The notes under the pieces: generated by a model
What the model was told of the DNA's origin: nothing
Seen by the model: only the letters and a program-made list of their open reading frames with translations
The model's database searches: none
In this document: positions 1 to 15,200 of the stretch, in pieces
Numbering within the stretch: the first letter of the stretch is position 1
How the letters are laid out: each line of letters starts with the position of its first letter
Source of the DNA: Podarcis pityusensis
Taxonomy: Eukaryota
DNA: 64,000 nucleotides
Direction: 5' to 3' (one strand)
Assembly: GCA_964106645.2 (NCBI GenBank)
Contig: OZ067049.1
Program-made: the position numbers and the translations under genes

Positions 1-107
1 ATCTGTGTGGCAATAGACTAATAACAGCAACTGTTCCAGAACATGTGTGAGCATATTTTTAATATTAATAAATAATTTGTGTGATTTCCTTGACACAAGG
101 TACTTAC

Positions 108-238
108 AGTTCAGTAAAATTATTCCAGTCGTCTTGACTAATAGATGGCTTTGTGTTTCCAAGTGCAGTCATCAGGTGAAGCTGAGTAATGCTTAAAGTG
201 TTCTTGCTGGGTACTGATGATGGAGGCGTGACTTCCTC
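108..238 (-). CDS. PEX1: PEX1 exon 23 (131 nt)
   Basis: ttttcag|GAGGAAGTC..; encodes [23 protein letters not shown]; donor gtaagta. Confidence 0.93.
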
Positions 239-3200
239 CTGAAAAAAAAAATTACATTAAGGGAAAGTACTATAAAATACTGTATTTCACTCCCTGAAAT
301 TGACAATGGCCCAGTTCATAAGTTGGGGCTAACTTCGATTTGCAGTAACCATAGACTAGAGACCAGACTACAGTGTATACACTTATGTATACAGGCAAAC
401 CATGATTTAAGCTGTGCTTTTTCTTCCCTGCCTTCCCCAATATGCTATCCTTTCTGCAGGTAAATTGGCATGTGTTGCTTGGTTACTATTGTTTGGCAAC
501 CCTATGCAGTGTGTGTGTGTTGGGGGGGGGGAGATAGTGAAGTCTAGGAACCTCCAGCACAACTGACAACAGGCCAATTATGCAGAGATCCCCACTCCAT
601 GGCATGGTGACCTGAAGAAGAAGTGCAACAAGTGTAATCACGGTTTCTCAATCAGAAAATAATACCAAACCACAGTTTGCAGAAACCAATCTGGATGTCT
701 TGACTAACCATAGTTAAGGTCTGTAATCTATAGTTTGATGTATGTCTTAACTGAGCCAGTGAGTTTGTCTGAATGCTTCAGGACATTCTCTGAGGCTATG
801 TTTCTTTTGAAATAGCAAAACTTTGCAGTAGTTACTATTACTACTTCTACAACAGAACATTTCTAAAGATCAAAAGAATTAACAAAAAAGTCTTCCATAC
901 CCCGTTTTTGCTTCTGTAGTTGGCCTTGATAGCATTGATTTCAGCCCTGAGTTGCTCTATCTGTTCTTGATTAAGTTCTTGATAACCTTCCTGTAAGGCT
1001 GTTCTTAGAATTGGGGGCTGATAGGATACTAAATCCTTCAGAGAGATGCTAGCTAAATCATGATTTATGGAGTTTGGTCCCGAGAAACACTGAGAACTCT
1101 GTAGAGACAAGTGGGTGGGTGGTGTAACATAATACCATTATTATTATAGTCAGCAATTTTGTGGTTACAGTTACTAATATTTCAGTAATGTTTTTCACAA
1201 CAACAGTTACATTACCAAAATTATTTATCAAACAATATAAGCTTTAGGAAGTATTATGTTGATCAGATAACTTATTAGTAATATGAAAGTTTAAGTATGA
1301 GTATGTTTCATTTCTAAATACTGCACATTCATAGGGGATTCTCCCTTGATCAATTCTCATGGGGGTGGGACAGGTTCTCATTGTTTTCCCAAAAAGAAAA
1401 GGACTTGTTGCTGCTTTTGGTCAAGGAAGAATGAGTTCATATTTCAAGTTTATGTTACTCAGAATTTATATCTTTCACCCAGTACTGACATAGATTGAAT
1501 TAGCACTGTTTTTCCCCAATTACATTTAGATGCTAGAATGTTTCCTCTGACTTTACAGCATCAATTAAGCAAAAGCAGCCAGCTACCATTTCTGAAGCAG
1601 TTCCATTGCCGAGCTCTGATTCATAGGAGCTGCCAAAGTAAAGACGATAGATGTTGGACCTTGGATCTTCTGGAAGCAGCTCACACATCTCAAGAGAAAC
1701 TAGAGATTGCTCCAAGCCTCCTTCTCCATCTCCAGCAGAATCATCTGATCCACTGCTTTGATTTAAGAAAACCATCGATGATAGACTCAGATCGCTATCT
1801 GAGCTAGAACCTATTTCCTGCGGATGGAAATTAACAAAATTAGAATTTCCAACTCCGTAGCACTTCCCTCATTCTGGATGTCTGTGTGGCTCTTTATCTT
1901 CTGGTCTTCTGGCAGGGAAGAGCTAGCAGTGTGCTGAAGTTAGCCGTGTGCTCAGGACTGCAATACATCAAGGACCATGGCTCACCATATGAACAACTCA
2001 GGACCCTCATCACCTGAGGCCCTTCTTCGTGTGCCTGCCCCACAATAAGTTGGGAAGGTGGCAACACAAGAATGGGTCTCTTCTGTGGTGGCTCCCTGTT
2101 TGTGGAATGCTCTCCTTAGGGAGGCTGATCTGGTGCTTTCATTACATATCTTTAAGCACCAGGCAGAAACATTCTTCTTCTCTCAGGTTTTTGGCTAATT
2201 AAACAATATGTGGCCTTTTAAACCATGGGGGTTATTGTTTTGTTTATTATGTTATGTGTTTTTGTGTTTTTTAAATTGTAAACTGCCCTGTGATCCTTGG
2301 TATGTAAATTTGCTGTTCAAATAAAAGCAGTCATAAATCCTTAGGCATGCTAAAATTCAGATCTTTGGATCTCATTGTACAACAATATCACAATCAAATT
2401 GCTGCACATCACCATAACATTTCTAGGCACCACTCCTGAAAAGCCAAATTACAGTAATTGGAATATTAAGTATTTTAGTGCCCAGGTTACCAGTTTCAGA
2501 TTGTGGCCAAGCTACTGGACTTCCTGCACTTTAAGATCTGCTTCAGTGTCTCCCCTGGTATGCCCATCCCCTAGATTGCTAAGCTGAGTGGCCACAAGGG
2601 AAAGAATCTTCCCATGGACCTGCATCGAATTTCTATGTCTCAGGATTTCCAGAACGCCATGAAAAACTATCTTTCTCAACTGGCCTTCCATGCATGATGG
2701 TTTGGTTGAGTTGCATTATTTTTGGCTCTGTTAAAAAAAAAAAGAATGTTGATGAGTTTTAGTTTTAAGTCTGAAATTTTATATTACTTTATTTCCTTTG
2801 GATATTTGGAATGCAAGTCATTTGGGATTTGTTATTTGCCTGGAAAAGCAGCCTATAATTATTAGTGAGAAATAATTTTACCATTCAAAAATGTTATGGG
2901 TAGCAAACTCTTAAGGATTTTTAAGGAAATCCTTTAAATTTCAGTGCACTTACCTGGGGCAAAGTTGAACCAAAATTAGCATGCACGGCCTCCAATTGTG
3001 CATTATACAGTAAAGCTTTTAGGTCTGCTCCTGTGAAATGTTCTGTTTTTTCTGCCAAATGCTGAAAATCCACATCATGTGCCAGAGGGAGAGAATGACT
3101 CAGTGCTCTTAAAATTTCCAATCGGGAAGCCTAAGGAAATTAGAAGTAACCCTGTTAATAAAATACTGATTTCTTGCCCTTAGACAGTACTTAATGTTTT

Positions 3201-6200
3201 GTTTTTTAGTCTTCCATGTATTTTTCCAATAAGGAAAAGGGCACTGGAGAAGCTAAAACAACATGTGGGAAGGACCCAGTGATGTAAATATTATTTTGAA
3301 TTTTCTATACATTTTCAAGCATCTCTTCTCAACCATAAGGACTTGCAAACTTGCTTTTTATAATAGCACGATGAGATTCTTTGGAAGCCAGATTCTGTAC
3401 CCACTACCACATTCTGATCTCTTTTTTTTTTTAAACACACCTGTAGATCATAGAATACACACACCAATGCCTACAGACGACAGCATCAAAGCTAAGATGA
3501 GAAAGGCCTGAGAGAAATCATTAGACTATGCAAAATCATTGCCTTGACATAGAATTCTACCACCACCAATCTAATGAAAAAATAAAATAGAATCAAACTT
3601 GAATCTGTTTCAAAACGACTTCATCTTATGTTCATGGAAACTCAGCCATCAATATCATGGAATGGACATTAATCCACATAGAAGTGAGTCTTCCTTTCAA
3701 TATTTGGTACAGTGTTTTGTTTCTTACCTGATCAGGATGTGGACAATACAGACACTTATCCAATCGGCCTGGTCTCAACAGAGCAGGGTCAATCAAATCA
3801 GGGCGACTAGTGGCCGCTAGTACATAAACTCCTTAGAAAAAGAAAGTGACTTTATTAATAAAATGCCACCTTAACCTTTTCCTGGAAGAAACAGAGATGA
3901 TTTGATCATTACCTTCTAAGCCTTCTACTCCATCTAGTTGAGTCAGCAGTTGATTAACAACACGGTCAGTTACACCAGTGTTATCATGACCTCTTCGAGG
4001 AGCGAGGGAATCAAATTCATCAAAGAAAAGTATGCAAGGCTTGGCTGCCTGTGCTCTGCAATAAATACAACACAATTAGGACAAAAGGAATAAACTGACC
4101 CTGCCAAGATTGGACATGTGATATCAGCAAGTCTTGTTATTTCACACCTCCCCAACATACACTTACTAAGCCTGTTTCTTCTCCACATTACAAATCCAGC
4201 ATCTATTTTCAGCACTACTTACAAAAACAGAATCTATCAGCAACACCATAAATCTGGATCTAACCTGTTAAATACATCTCGAACTGCTTGTTCACTTGCT
4301 CCAATGTATTTGCTGAGCAGTTCTGGTCCCTGTAAAAAAAAAAGAGAGAAAGAGAAGAATACTCTCTGCAACCTGAGCTATTTAATTAATCAATACTTAT
4401 AAAGTAAAGTGTATAAACTGTGGCATAACATACTGTAATAAAGTACTGTTTGGGCTATGGCAATTACAGACAGTTTAAAAACATTACAAAACATAGGTTT
4501 CCAAAGGAACATACCTTGAACATTAGACTGGTCCAGTAGTTTCTACTTATGATCTACAATACTGGGATCACATTAACACTGCTTATTAAAGAGCGGGCAG
4601 GAGGGGGAGGGGGAGAACAAACACACAGAAGGACAGAAAGGAATTGAAACCCATTAAGTAGTGCGCCCAAAAAAAATCTATGGCAAAAATGAAGCTACTT
4701 TGCCCAAGGGTTTAAGGTTGCTGTTTGGACTGTATTGATTTGGACTGTAAAAAATTGGACTATTTTCTTTAGGTTAAATACCATGGGTCATAATCCAGAT
4801 ATGTTCATATGCCATATTTATGTGTGCATCACAAACACAAAAAATTACTAAAACATATGAAAGCTTCTGAAAGACAAACTGTAGCATATAATTTTTATCA
4901 CCTTATTGGATTCTGACTTATGGAACACATCTTAGTATTTTCAGTTACTGCAATAAATTCTGAAAAATCTCACATTCTTACCTTGATGCTGATAAAATTC
5001 ATTCCACTTTCTCGGGCAACTACACCTGCTAACAAAGTTTTCCCTGTTCCTGGAGCCCCATATAGTAAGATTCCTCTTCTTTGTCGTATGGGCAGGTTTG
5101 CAAATAATTCTGGATACTGAAAACATATGAAGTCTTTAGAAATTGCGTCTGCTTTAAAAAGTATATGAGGTTTAAGAACCTCTGAGCAGGGTAGCTAAGT
5201 GTGAAAAATTGGATTCAGCCTACAGTATGCTGAAGAGGCCAGAGATCATCTTGGAAGTCTCTTAGTGCAGACAGAGGTCATGGATCCTGAGCTTCCATAA
5301 CCACCACCCACTAAGAACCACCATTGGCAGGACTGGCAGCAGCAGCAGCAGATATGTTCTATGCTTATTGGTAATGTTTTATTATCTTGCTAATGACGCT
5401 GCTTTAAATGTGCATTTTATATTGGACTTTCTTTAGCAATGTTTTCTTTTGAAATGTTTAAGATTATTATTTTTTGTTAACTTTGCTGTGTTAAATGTGC
5501 ACTATGTCATTGACCTCTTTTGTAATGTTTTGTTTGAAACCTTTAAGGTAGTATTTTAATATCCTGTTAATTACGTTGCTTTGAGTGTATACTTGCTTTT
5601 CTTCAGTAATGTTTTAAATCAGAAATGCTTTATTCTGGATTGTTTTCTTTGATGCGTCAATGCAGATTGTAAATCGCTTTGAGATTTTTTTTCTTTAAAA
5701 ATATTACCATAAGTGGTATAGAAATGAAATGAATAATAATAATAATTCATAACCCTAACCCTATTATTATTCATGTAGTTCCATGATTACTATTATGATA
5801 TGCTCCATAATATCAATTTTGGCAAAATCCATCTGTGGTGGAACCAATGAGTCACCATAACATCTCTATGCTTATTTTGAAATGCGACTAAATGCATCTA
5901 TATATAGACTAACATTTGCATGAGTGTTTTATCAGCCACAGGTGTTGGGTGTTTTTCTGCATTTCCAGGCTTCAGTTTAGTCTGCTGGGGCATGAGCATT
6001 ACGAAACAGTCCAATAATGATCAAAGAGCCATATGCATATTATTGATATAAAGGTAAAGGTACCCCTGACCGTTAGGTCCAGTTGCGGACGACTCTGGGG
6101 TTGCGGCACTCATCTCGCTTTACTGGCTGAGGAAGCCGGCGTTTGTCCGCAGACAGTTTTTCCGGGTCATGTGGCCAGCATGACTAAGCCGCTTCTGGCA

Positions 6201-9200
6201 AAACCAGAGCAGCGCAAGGAAACGCCGTTTACCTTTCCACCGGAGCGGTACCTATTTATCTACTTGCACTTTGACGTGCTTTCAAACTGCTAGGTTGGCA
6301 GGAGCTGGGACTGAACAACGGGAACTCACCCCGTCACAGGGATTCGAACTGCCGACCTTCTGATCAGCAAGCCCAAGAGGCTCAGTGGTGCCCAGTATCA
6401 ATACATTGGTCTTGGGGTGGTGATTCATCAAAGCCCAAAAAATCTGCCCCACAATACCACCTGCGTCTCTATTTTTGTCTATTATTTATATAGACAAAAA
6501 CAAAACACACAGAGTTTTATTTCTGTGGTCTTGTTCATAACTACTTCAAATGTGGTGTGTACGGATCTCTGCACATATAGTGGTATACCTTCTCTACCTC
6601 ATATTGTCATGTTGGCTATAAAAAGAAATAGTCTGCATTCAAAGAGTCCAAAGAATGCCCCATAAAATGGGAACTTTTTTTAAAAAAAAGATTGCATGGA
6701 CTTGGCACACATAAAAAGTATGCATTTTTTCACCATGCCTGATGCAAGGCAGCTGAAGATAAGGAAAATACACCCCTAGCAGCCACTGATGAAGAGGGGT
6801 GCCATTATTAACCTGGCCTCCTGGGAGCAGCACCACTGCTATGTACCAGAACGTAGAAGGGCAAGGCAGGGTGATGCGGGACACCCGTATGGCTTCACTG
6901 ATGTGCCCACGCTGCCCTGCACTGTCCCTGGGCCTGGCTGTCATGCTGCTTACAGGATGCCAGGTCTGTAGCACCGCTGCTCCCTGCTGGCAACTCTGGA
7001 TAACTGCCTCCAACACTGTGCATAGTCATTCAATTATCTGAGGTAGATAAGCCACCCAGGCTTCTTCGTGAACCTTCCTGCCTTAATAATCCTCAGCTGT
7101 TGCATCTTCATTCTTTCCTCAGCTCTGCGCATAACCGTCAGGGATGATCTTCTAGTTTATGCCCTTTAACATACCGTTGCTGAGAAGCTGTAACGTTCTC
7201 CTCTCCAGCTTCTGCAAACTTACATATGAATGAGAAATGGCTGTACTATGGGTGCATATTTGTCCATTTTGGTTTAAGAAGCTGTCACCCCCTCAAGCCA
7301 GAACCATCAAAGGTCTGTGTTCCTACAAACACCTACCAATGACAGACACAACTGTAAGAGAAAAGTACCTTGGCAGGCAATTGGATAGTATCTATAAGCA
7401 CTTGCTGTATCTCCTTGAGACCACCAATTCTATCCCAGCCAAACTCCTGAGGCTTATGGAGGTTAACGTTTCTCAAAGATGTTGGAGTAAAACCTTCTAA
7501 AGCTTTTTGGAAGTCTGATGTTGACAGAATCAAATCTGTTAAAATGGATAAACACATTCACTTTATGATTTTTTTACACCGAAATATTACATTATATTAT
7601 ACACACTTTTTTCTGAATACTTCATAAAATTATTATACATACCTTCTTTTTTACACGTTCCTTTGGTAGAAACACATGAGTGTACAGCACGTTCAACTAA
7701 CATTGTCAGATCTCTAGCTACAAATCCTTCTGTTTCCTTTGCAATTAGATGGAGATCAAGATTACAAAACTTGTCTATATTGGAGTCAAGTTTATTTTTT
7801 ATTATGGAATGAAGTATTTCACATCTTTGTCCCTGGAAAAAAAAATACAGCAAATTTATCTGTAGCCTAACTTCAAAGAATTGAAGAAAAATAGGCAGAC
7901 TGGCCAAATTTCAAATTAATTAAAAGGGACAGATTCTGAAGAAATAATAAAATGCAGATCTGTGCATTCAACATACAATATCACATTTTATACCGAGATC
8001 TTAAACAAAATTACTGGGAATTAGATTGCATGGTTTTAAGATGCTTTGATTAAAACATAATTTATTGCTTTTACCTGATTTGGAGCCTGGATATGTTGGA
8101 AACTCTGAAATATGTGAATTCCTTGAGCAGAAATCATGGAAGAATGTAGTGACTGTTCAGATAGGCTTGTGGCAATGAGTGCGATCAAACTGTGCATGGA
8201 AATAACTTCTTTTATCATATCTGTCAAAACTAGAAACAGAAATACAAATCAATTCAAACTTCATGGATTGATGGCCATATAAAATAGCAGCTACCTCTCA
8301 ATTTTAGTGTTACAGAAACAGCATCTTCTTTTATTTCAGTGCATTGTCTGTTCCAATAAAGTTCCAGAAGCTTGTAATTTTGTTGGTATCAGCTGTTAAT
8401 AACCTAACAAAGCACATTCCCACACTGTATCCAGAAGTATTACAGCACAAGCATATACTTATCTACTCATAAGTAAGTCCCCTGGAATTCAATGGGTTTA
8501 CTTCCATATAAAGAATTACAGCTTTAATATAAAAGAGCAAATCATAACCTTAACCATAACACTGTACCAAATGCTGAATATATTGTTTATAACCTGCAAA
8601 TACACATACACTATGTAGAGTTGTGCTAATTACTAAGATTATGCAAGTGCTGGATTATGCTGTTTCTTTCAGAAACATTCAAAAGCTAAAGATCAATATT
8701 ACTTGGGCCAGGGCACATTCCCAGAGGTGGCTATTCTTTTTAGCATGGGGACTGCATGGCAGCAGTGGGTGTAGCAAAAAGAACAGCCATGGCCATTGCA
8801 TACTCTTTCACACACATATCAAAGCACATCTAAAAACAAGCAACAGAGCTCCCCATTCTGCAGTTGATCCGTTCAGATCAAGAGGAGAAGGGAATGTGGT
8901 TTTCTCCACATTGCGTGGAAAATTCATTTCAAAGTTTAAAATATTGCTAGCTTTCATGAAGCTATGAACAACACATTGTGATTTATTCAGGACCTTGTCA
9001 TTTATTCAGATGTTTCCAATCACAGGACAGTTAAAGCAAAAACAACTCAGTAATGGTTGGTAAACCATTACCATGAGCAAGGCGAGTACTCTGGACAGCT
9101 TCAGGACTGTTCTCATGCTCCGGAGCAAGGGGTACTCCAACTATGTGATCAAGGTCATCTAGCAAAACAACAGATGGTTGTTTCCATCCTGCCTCTAGAA

Positions 9201-12200
9201 AAACTTCTTCCAGTTTTTTCCGTATGTTTTCTAATCTCTTTCCTGAAAAACAAATATAGTGATTAGAACGACACAGAAGAAAAATGTGCAAACTTCCAAT
9301 ACAATTTATGATTTGGCAAGATTATGCGTCAGAGACTAGCTTGTATTTGACTTTTTCATTATACCAAGAGGTCTTAAAACTACCCTATTGTGGATCTCCT
9401 TTAAGATATTTCCTATCTTCTATCTGCTGAACATATAAGGAAAGCTGGTGCAGAATAATATAATTCCCTCTGCTGCCATAAACTCACAGAATGGTCACAG
9501 GCAAGCCATTCTCTCAGCCTCAGTCCTCCATCAGCAACATGTGATGCTGCTGTATGCTTCATATACAGACAATATTCTTGATGCTGCTTTTGAAAGAGAT
9601 TTTGTAAAACAGGAAGGTTCTGGCTCCTACCTGCTTATGTGACCAATCTAATAACAGCAAGGCGTAAAATGTGAATATTAAACCAGTGGGGAGGACACAG
9701 AGTTTGGGCATAAAACCCAAGTTCAAACCTACTGGGTCGCTACAGACAAGACACATTTTCAGTATAGCCCAAACTCTTACCAGTTGTTGCTATGATTAAC
9801 AAAAACACTAGGAATAGTATTTATTTATTATAAATATTATAATAGTTGCTTTTCTCACAAAATGACCCAAAGCAACTTACATTAAAACCAAATAAAGAAC
9901 TTCCAATAAAAATCTAAAAACAAAGCTGAACAGATAAAACAGATCAGGACTTGCTGATCTCACCCAACTAAAAGGGGCCACAATGCTGCCATTAAGAAAA
10001 AAGTACTCACCTGGTGCCCAAAAACAGATAAGGGTGGTGCTAGGCATGTCTCCCTGGGTAGAGCAGATCACAAGCTGAGAGTCACCACTGAAAAGGTCTG
10101 ATCTAATTAACTTGGTAACTTACCCTTTTAGTTTAATTGTATTCTGAAAATCCTACAAGAAGGGAGACGGTTGTACCCATACCTCTTAAAGCTTTGCAGT
10201 CAACTACTTCCACGTGGGCATCCAGTCTATCAAATGCTTCTTTGCAGATGGCTTTTGCTAAAGTTGTCTTGCCACTTCCCTGTAAAATAAATCAGGGCTA
10301 AAAACTCCTAAAATAATACCCAGATTGAAAAACTATCAAAGTTTGCTACTATGGTTTTCTGTTTCTGTAATATTTAACCTGGTGGTGTAAAATCATGCAG
10401 ATTCAATGCAATCTGTTCAAATCTACCAGAGCCAATGTTTATTTATAGCCCTTGGAAAAACAAAGCGTGTATGTGTGCATGCACATGCACAATTTGCTTT
10501 CTTCCCCTCTCTAGGGGTAAGGGGAAAGTGATCCAAGGGTGGAGGGAGAGAAGCATGCAGCTGGAGGAATCTCCATGGCACTCTCTCAAAATTCTAAATG
10601 TACTCACACGCTCAGAAAGATTGACAACCACTTGAATTGGACTAATGATAAAACCCAGAATTTATTGGGTGCTAAAACAAAGAAATGTAAAAGTTTTACC
10701 TTTGCTCCAGTAATCAGAATACCTCCACTGCATAGTCCTGCAGATATGGGAGCTAGCTTTTGAGACAGTGGTCGTTTCAAAAGGCTGTGAGATACATGCT
10801 TCAAAGAAGATACTGCTAAATTATCAACTCCTCTGCAAAGGAAATGTTAACAGAATTGAGTGCCTTCTCATTGTACTGTAGTCAAATTAAATCATATAAA
10901 ATTAAAAGCTTGGCTATTTTAGAGTACTCTCTGTCTCGATTATTTATAGAACTGTAGCCAATGACCCAGTTGCAATATTTGCTACTGTACTGCACACACT
11001 GGTGGCAACTGCAGAATAATGTCTGCCATCAAGTATGTCAAACATTCATTTTGCAAAAAGTTTCCACGTATGTGAAGAAATAATCCTGCATACGACTGCA
11101 CTATTTGCTGCACCCCATTGTATGTGTGTTCAGATAGACCAACCACACCAGCAAAACCTGTATTAGAGGGCACAGGTGTGCCAAATACTTGCCCAATTTC
11201 TGAGTCATGTGATTAGAAGAAGAAGAAGAGTTTGGATTTGATATCCCGCCTTTCACTCCCCTTCAGGAGTCTCAAAGCGGCTAACATTCTCCTTTCCCTT
11301 CCTCCCCCACAACAAACACTCTGTGAGGTGAGTGGGGCTGAGAGACTTCAAAGAAGTGTGACTGGCCCAAGGTCACCCAGCAGCTGCATGTGGAGGAGCG
11401 GAGACGCGAACCCGGTTCCCCAGATTAAGAGACTACCGCTCTTAACCACTACACCACGCTGGCTCTCTATATGTGATTAGAACTATATGTGTGTTTAAAT
11501 CTTGGGCTAATCTAATGTTCTCTTTAGCTACGACGTTACTGACATCTAAAATGCTTCATATTTATATTACACATTTATTATTTATTTTTGCACAGCTTTT
11601 AATTGTTGATTTTTTTATTTTAATTTGTGATAGTATTAAAATGTCTCACCCTAAACAGTTCAGACCAAACCATGGAAGAAGTTGCTCACAAGAAGATTGT
11701 GCACCACTGCCATTGGCTACTGAGGTCATAGGATGTACCAGAACCTACACAAAAGAAGACAGTCACTATTTAGACGTGAGGGTGTCTTTTTAGAACATGC
11801 TGTGGGGGGGATGGGTAGAGAAATACTGAATACATACTCCAATAAAATTCAGAATGGGATTTTACTGTAAGAGATCACATAGAAGAAACTTGTCTCCCAA
11901 GAAGCTCAGGATCGTAGTGGGTTTGTCCTTTGGATAAATAGCCATAAACAATTTTTAAAAAGTATCTAATTACTACACTACATTTAAAATACCAAGTGAT
12001 TTTCAGATTTCCTTGTATTCCAAATCCATCCAGACTCTATGGCAGCCTTCCCCAACCCAATACTCTCCAGAAGTTTTGAACTACAACTCCCAGCAGTCCC
12101 ATTCAGCATGGCCAATGGTCAAGGGCAGTGGGACCTGTCGTCCAAAACATCTGGTTGGTTAGTAGAAGCAGGAAAGCTGCTGTACAGTTTTCACTCCATC

Positions 12201-15200
12201 AATTCTACAATGAAAATTAAAGTTGTCATTACAGTATAGAAAACTGAAAATTAGAAAACAATAAACACACTTCAAAAATCAGGAAGTGAGAGAACTACAA
12301 GCTTGCTTTGGAAGATGGGGGCAGGTTGCTGCAAAACCTTTCCTTAATCTTCTTAAGGGAACTTGAATTTATCATCCAATGATGTTCATTGTGACTGAAT
12401 TTATGTACAGATTATCATAAGAGTCTCCTCTCCTGCAATGCTTCATGTACAATGAGTCAAAAACCAAAACAAATACAAAAGATACCCTAATAAACAGAAT
12501 TGCACTGTTGATATAATTTAAGTTATTGGATACCTGAAATAAGTGATATTTACTTGCATATTTGTCTTCTGCAACAAGCTGGGACTCAGGATGTAAGTAT
12601 TTTTTGCCTTCTCCTCTTCAGAAGTAATGACACTGAGAACAAAGTCCTCCATACCTTTCAAAACATAATGGACACATCAATTTGCTTCTGATACAAAATA
12701 GTAAATTTTAATACCTTGTAGATCTTGTATTATACACTGGTAAACCCTAGCTCATGCAAAAGTGTTTCAATGTGTATGTAAGTATTTTTGTGGCTAATTA
12801 CTTTGATTCACTGGCAAAGACCCATTTAATGGTTGACCATAGCTGAGAATATGGATCTTTATTTATTGAGAGCACCTTTATTTAAATACAATAGTTAAGT
12901 AACATATTGAAAAGACAATGATGAATAACTCATGATTTTAATTGATTTTTTTAAAAAAATCAAATATATTTTCATAATTGGGTAGAAATATATTCACAAT
13001 CACTGCTAAGGGCAGTTCAGCTTACCATCTTTAAGAGCTAATTGTATATCATTCGTGCCTGCTATTAGCAAAGGAAGTTTGCTATAATCCTCTATCCACA
13101 AATTAAAGGCATTTTTAATTTCATCGTCACTGATATCTTTATTCTAAAATGAAGGATGAGAAGCATTGTTAGTTCAGTAAATATTCCTAACACTTTCACA
13201 CAACAGACATTTGCTCATTCAAGTATACAAGGGTCAGAAGTGCTAAGAACTGAGGCAAGTCATTATCTGAGGATTTACTAATGGCCCCAGTTTTATCCAA
13301 AATATGATTACCTTCTTTATTATTTCCTAAGGAAAAATCTATACTGAAAAAAAAGTTTAAATATTTGATTTGATAGTGTTCAAGCTCTTAATTGTATCTA
13401 CAATAACCATTTTTGTTCACTTGTCTAAATCAGGGGTTAGTAACCTTTTTCAGCCGTGGGCTGGTCCACAGTCCCTCAGACCATGTGGTGGGCCGGACTA
13501 TATTTTGAAAAAAATAATAATGAACTAATTCCTATGCCCCACAAATAACCCAGAGATGCATTTTAAATAAAAGGACACATTCTACTCATGTAAAAACATG
13601 CTGATTCCCGGACCATCTAAGGGCTGGATTTAGAAGGTGATTGGGCCACATCCGGCCCCCGGGCTTTAGGTTGCCAACCCCTGGTCTAAATAAACTCCTT
13701 ATATTCTTATGAAGAACTGGTAATCATAGGTTGATAATGTCTTTGGAAAAAATTGTCTCAAATAATAGCATAATGCAATATGAATTTCACCAACTTGTAA
13801 AGACACATGGAAGCAGCTTAACAAATAATTACAGTCAAGAATGCAAACTCACTAAAGATTTTTTGGGATACAATCTAATAGATGATGGAATTTTAGGATC
13901 CAAGTTCACTGATGTGATTCTGACAGCTGAATGCATTTCTATGTGTAGTCTCCCTCTCAACCCTTCTGGTATCTGAAATAAAGTTAAGAAAAAAAAGAAA
14001 TATGAAAGAATAAATGCTGAAGACTATTCTACACATTTCACACTTCAAAGGTATATCCACCAGGGTTGTACTCAGAGTTTGTATAACTTAAGAATGACTT
14101 AATTTTTTAAGATTTCAAATGTACCTGAAGATTTCAAATACCCTGACTGTCCATCAAATGTAATTTAAGACTCCTCAGTTTCAGTTAGTAAGGGAGTATA
14201 ACAACTTCAATTAAATGGTTTGAAACTGTATGTTGGGCTCCACCCAGAGTGGCTGGGGCAACCCAGTCAGATGGGTGAGGTACAAATAAATTATGAATTA
14301 TTATTATTGTTGTTGTTGTTATTATTTTCAGAATAGATCCTATTGAAGTTAATGGAACTATTATAAGACAACTATTGTGGCTTGGAGATGGTACCACTGT
14401 GATCCCAAGGATAAAAAAGGTAAAGGTAAAGGTAGCCCCTGCCCGTACGGGCCAGTCGTGACCGACTCTCGGGTTGTGCGCCCATCTCGCTTAAGAGGCC
14501 GGGGGCCAGCGCTGTCCGGAGACACTTCCGGGTCACGTGGCCAGCGTGACGAAGCTGCTCTGGCGAGCCTGCACCAGCGCAGCACACGGAAACGCCGTTT
14601 ACCTTCCCGCTATAAAGCGGTACCTATTTATCTACTTGCACTTAAGAGTGCTTTCGAACTGCTAGGTGGGCAGGAGCTGGGACCGAACGATGGGAGCTCA
14701 CCCTGCCGCGGGGATTCGAACCGCCGACCATACGATCGGCAAGTCCTAGGTGCTGAGGTTTTACTCACAGCGCCACCCGCGTCCCTATGTCTTTATAAAT
14801 AATCCACTATAATCTGTAGATCTTATTTCCAAGTAACCATTTAAAAAGATGTAATATTAAGCAACGATTCAACACTTGACTTAAAATCTTTAATCTTCTG
14901 TAGGCTTCTGAAATTGGACTAACCCAAACTCTTCCGACATGCAGTTGTTCCATGTTGTTATTACATATTATAGCACTCTTTAGATCCTCAAATCCATTCC
15001 ATATTATTTGTACAATAGATATCTCATTGGATTCTTGACTTTTACTAGGGCTGGATTGCTTTTTGTCTTCTCCATTGATCATCTGTTTTTCTTTCTTTGA
15101 CATTACATTCTGCTTTGACTCTTGATGCTGCTGTCTTGGAGAGAGCAGTGTAGTGATTTTCCCGTAAGACACTTTAATATTAGCTTCTAAAGCAGGGAAT

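Noticed and set aside
5751-5763. Telomere-like CCCTAA repeat
   Set aside because: About two units only; expected by chance
12477-12533. U12-like donor GTATCTTTT (- strand) and a possible PEX1 exon 9 here
   Set aside because: The translation does not resemble PEX1, and the exon at 11650-11744 fits both sequence and phase. No U12 intron was seen in any gene in the window
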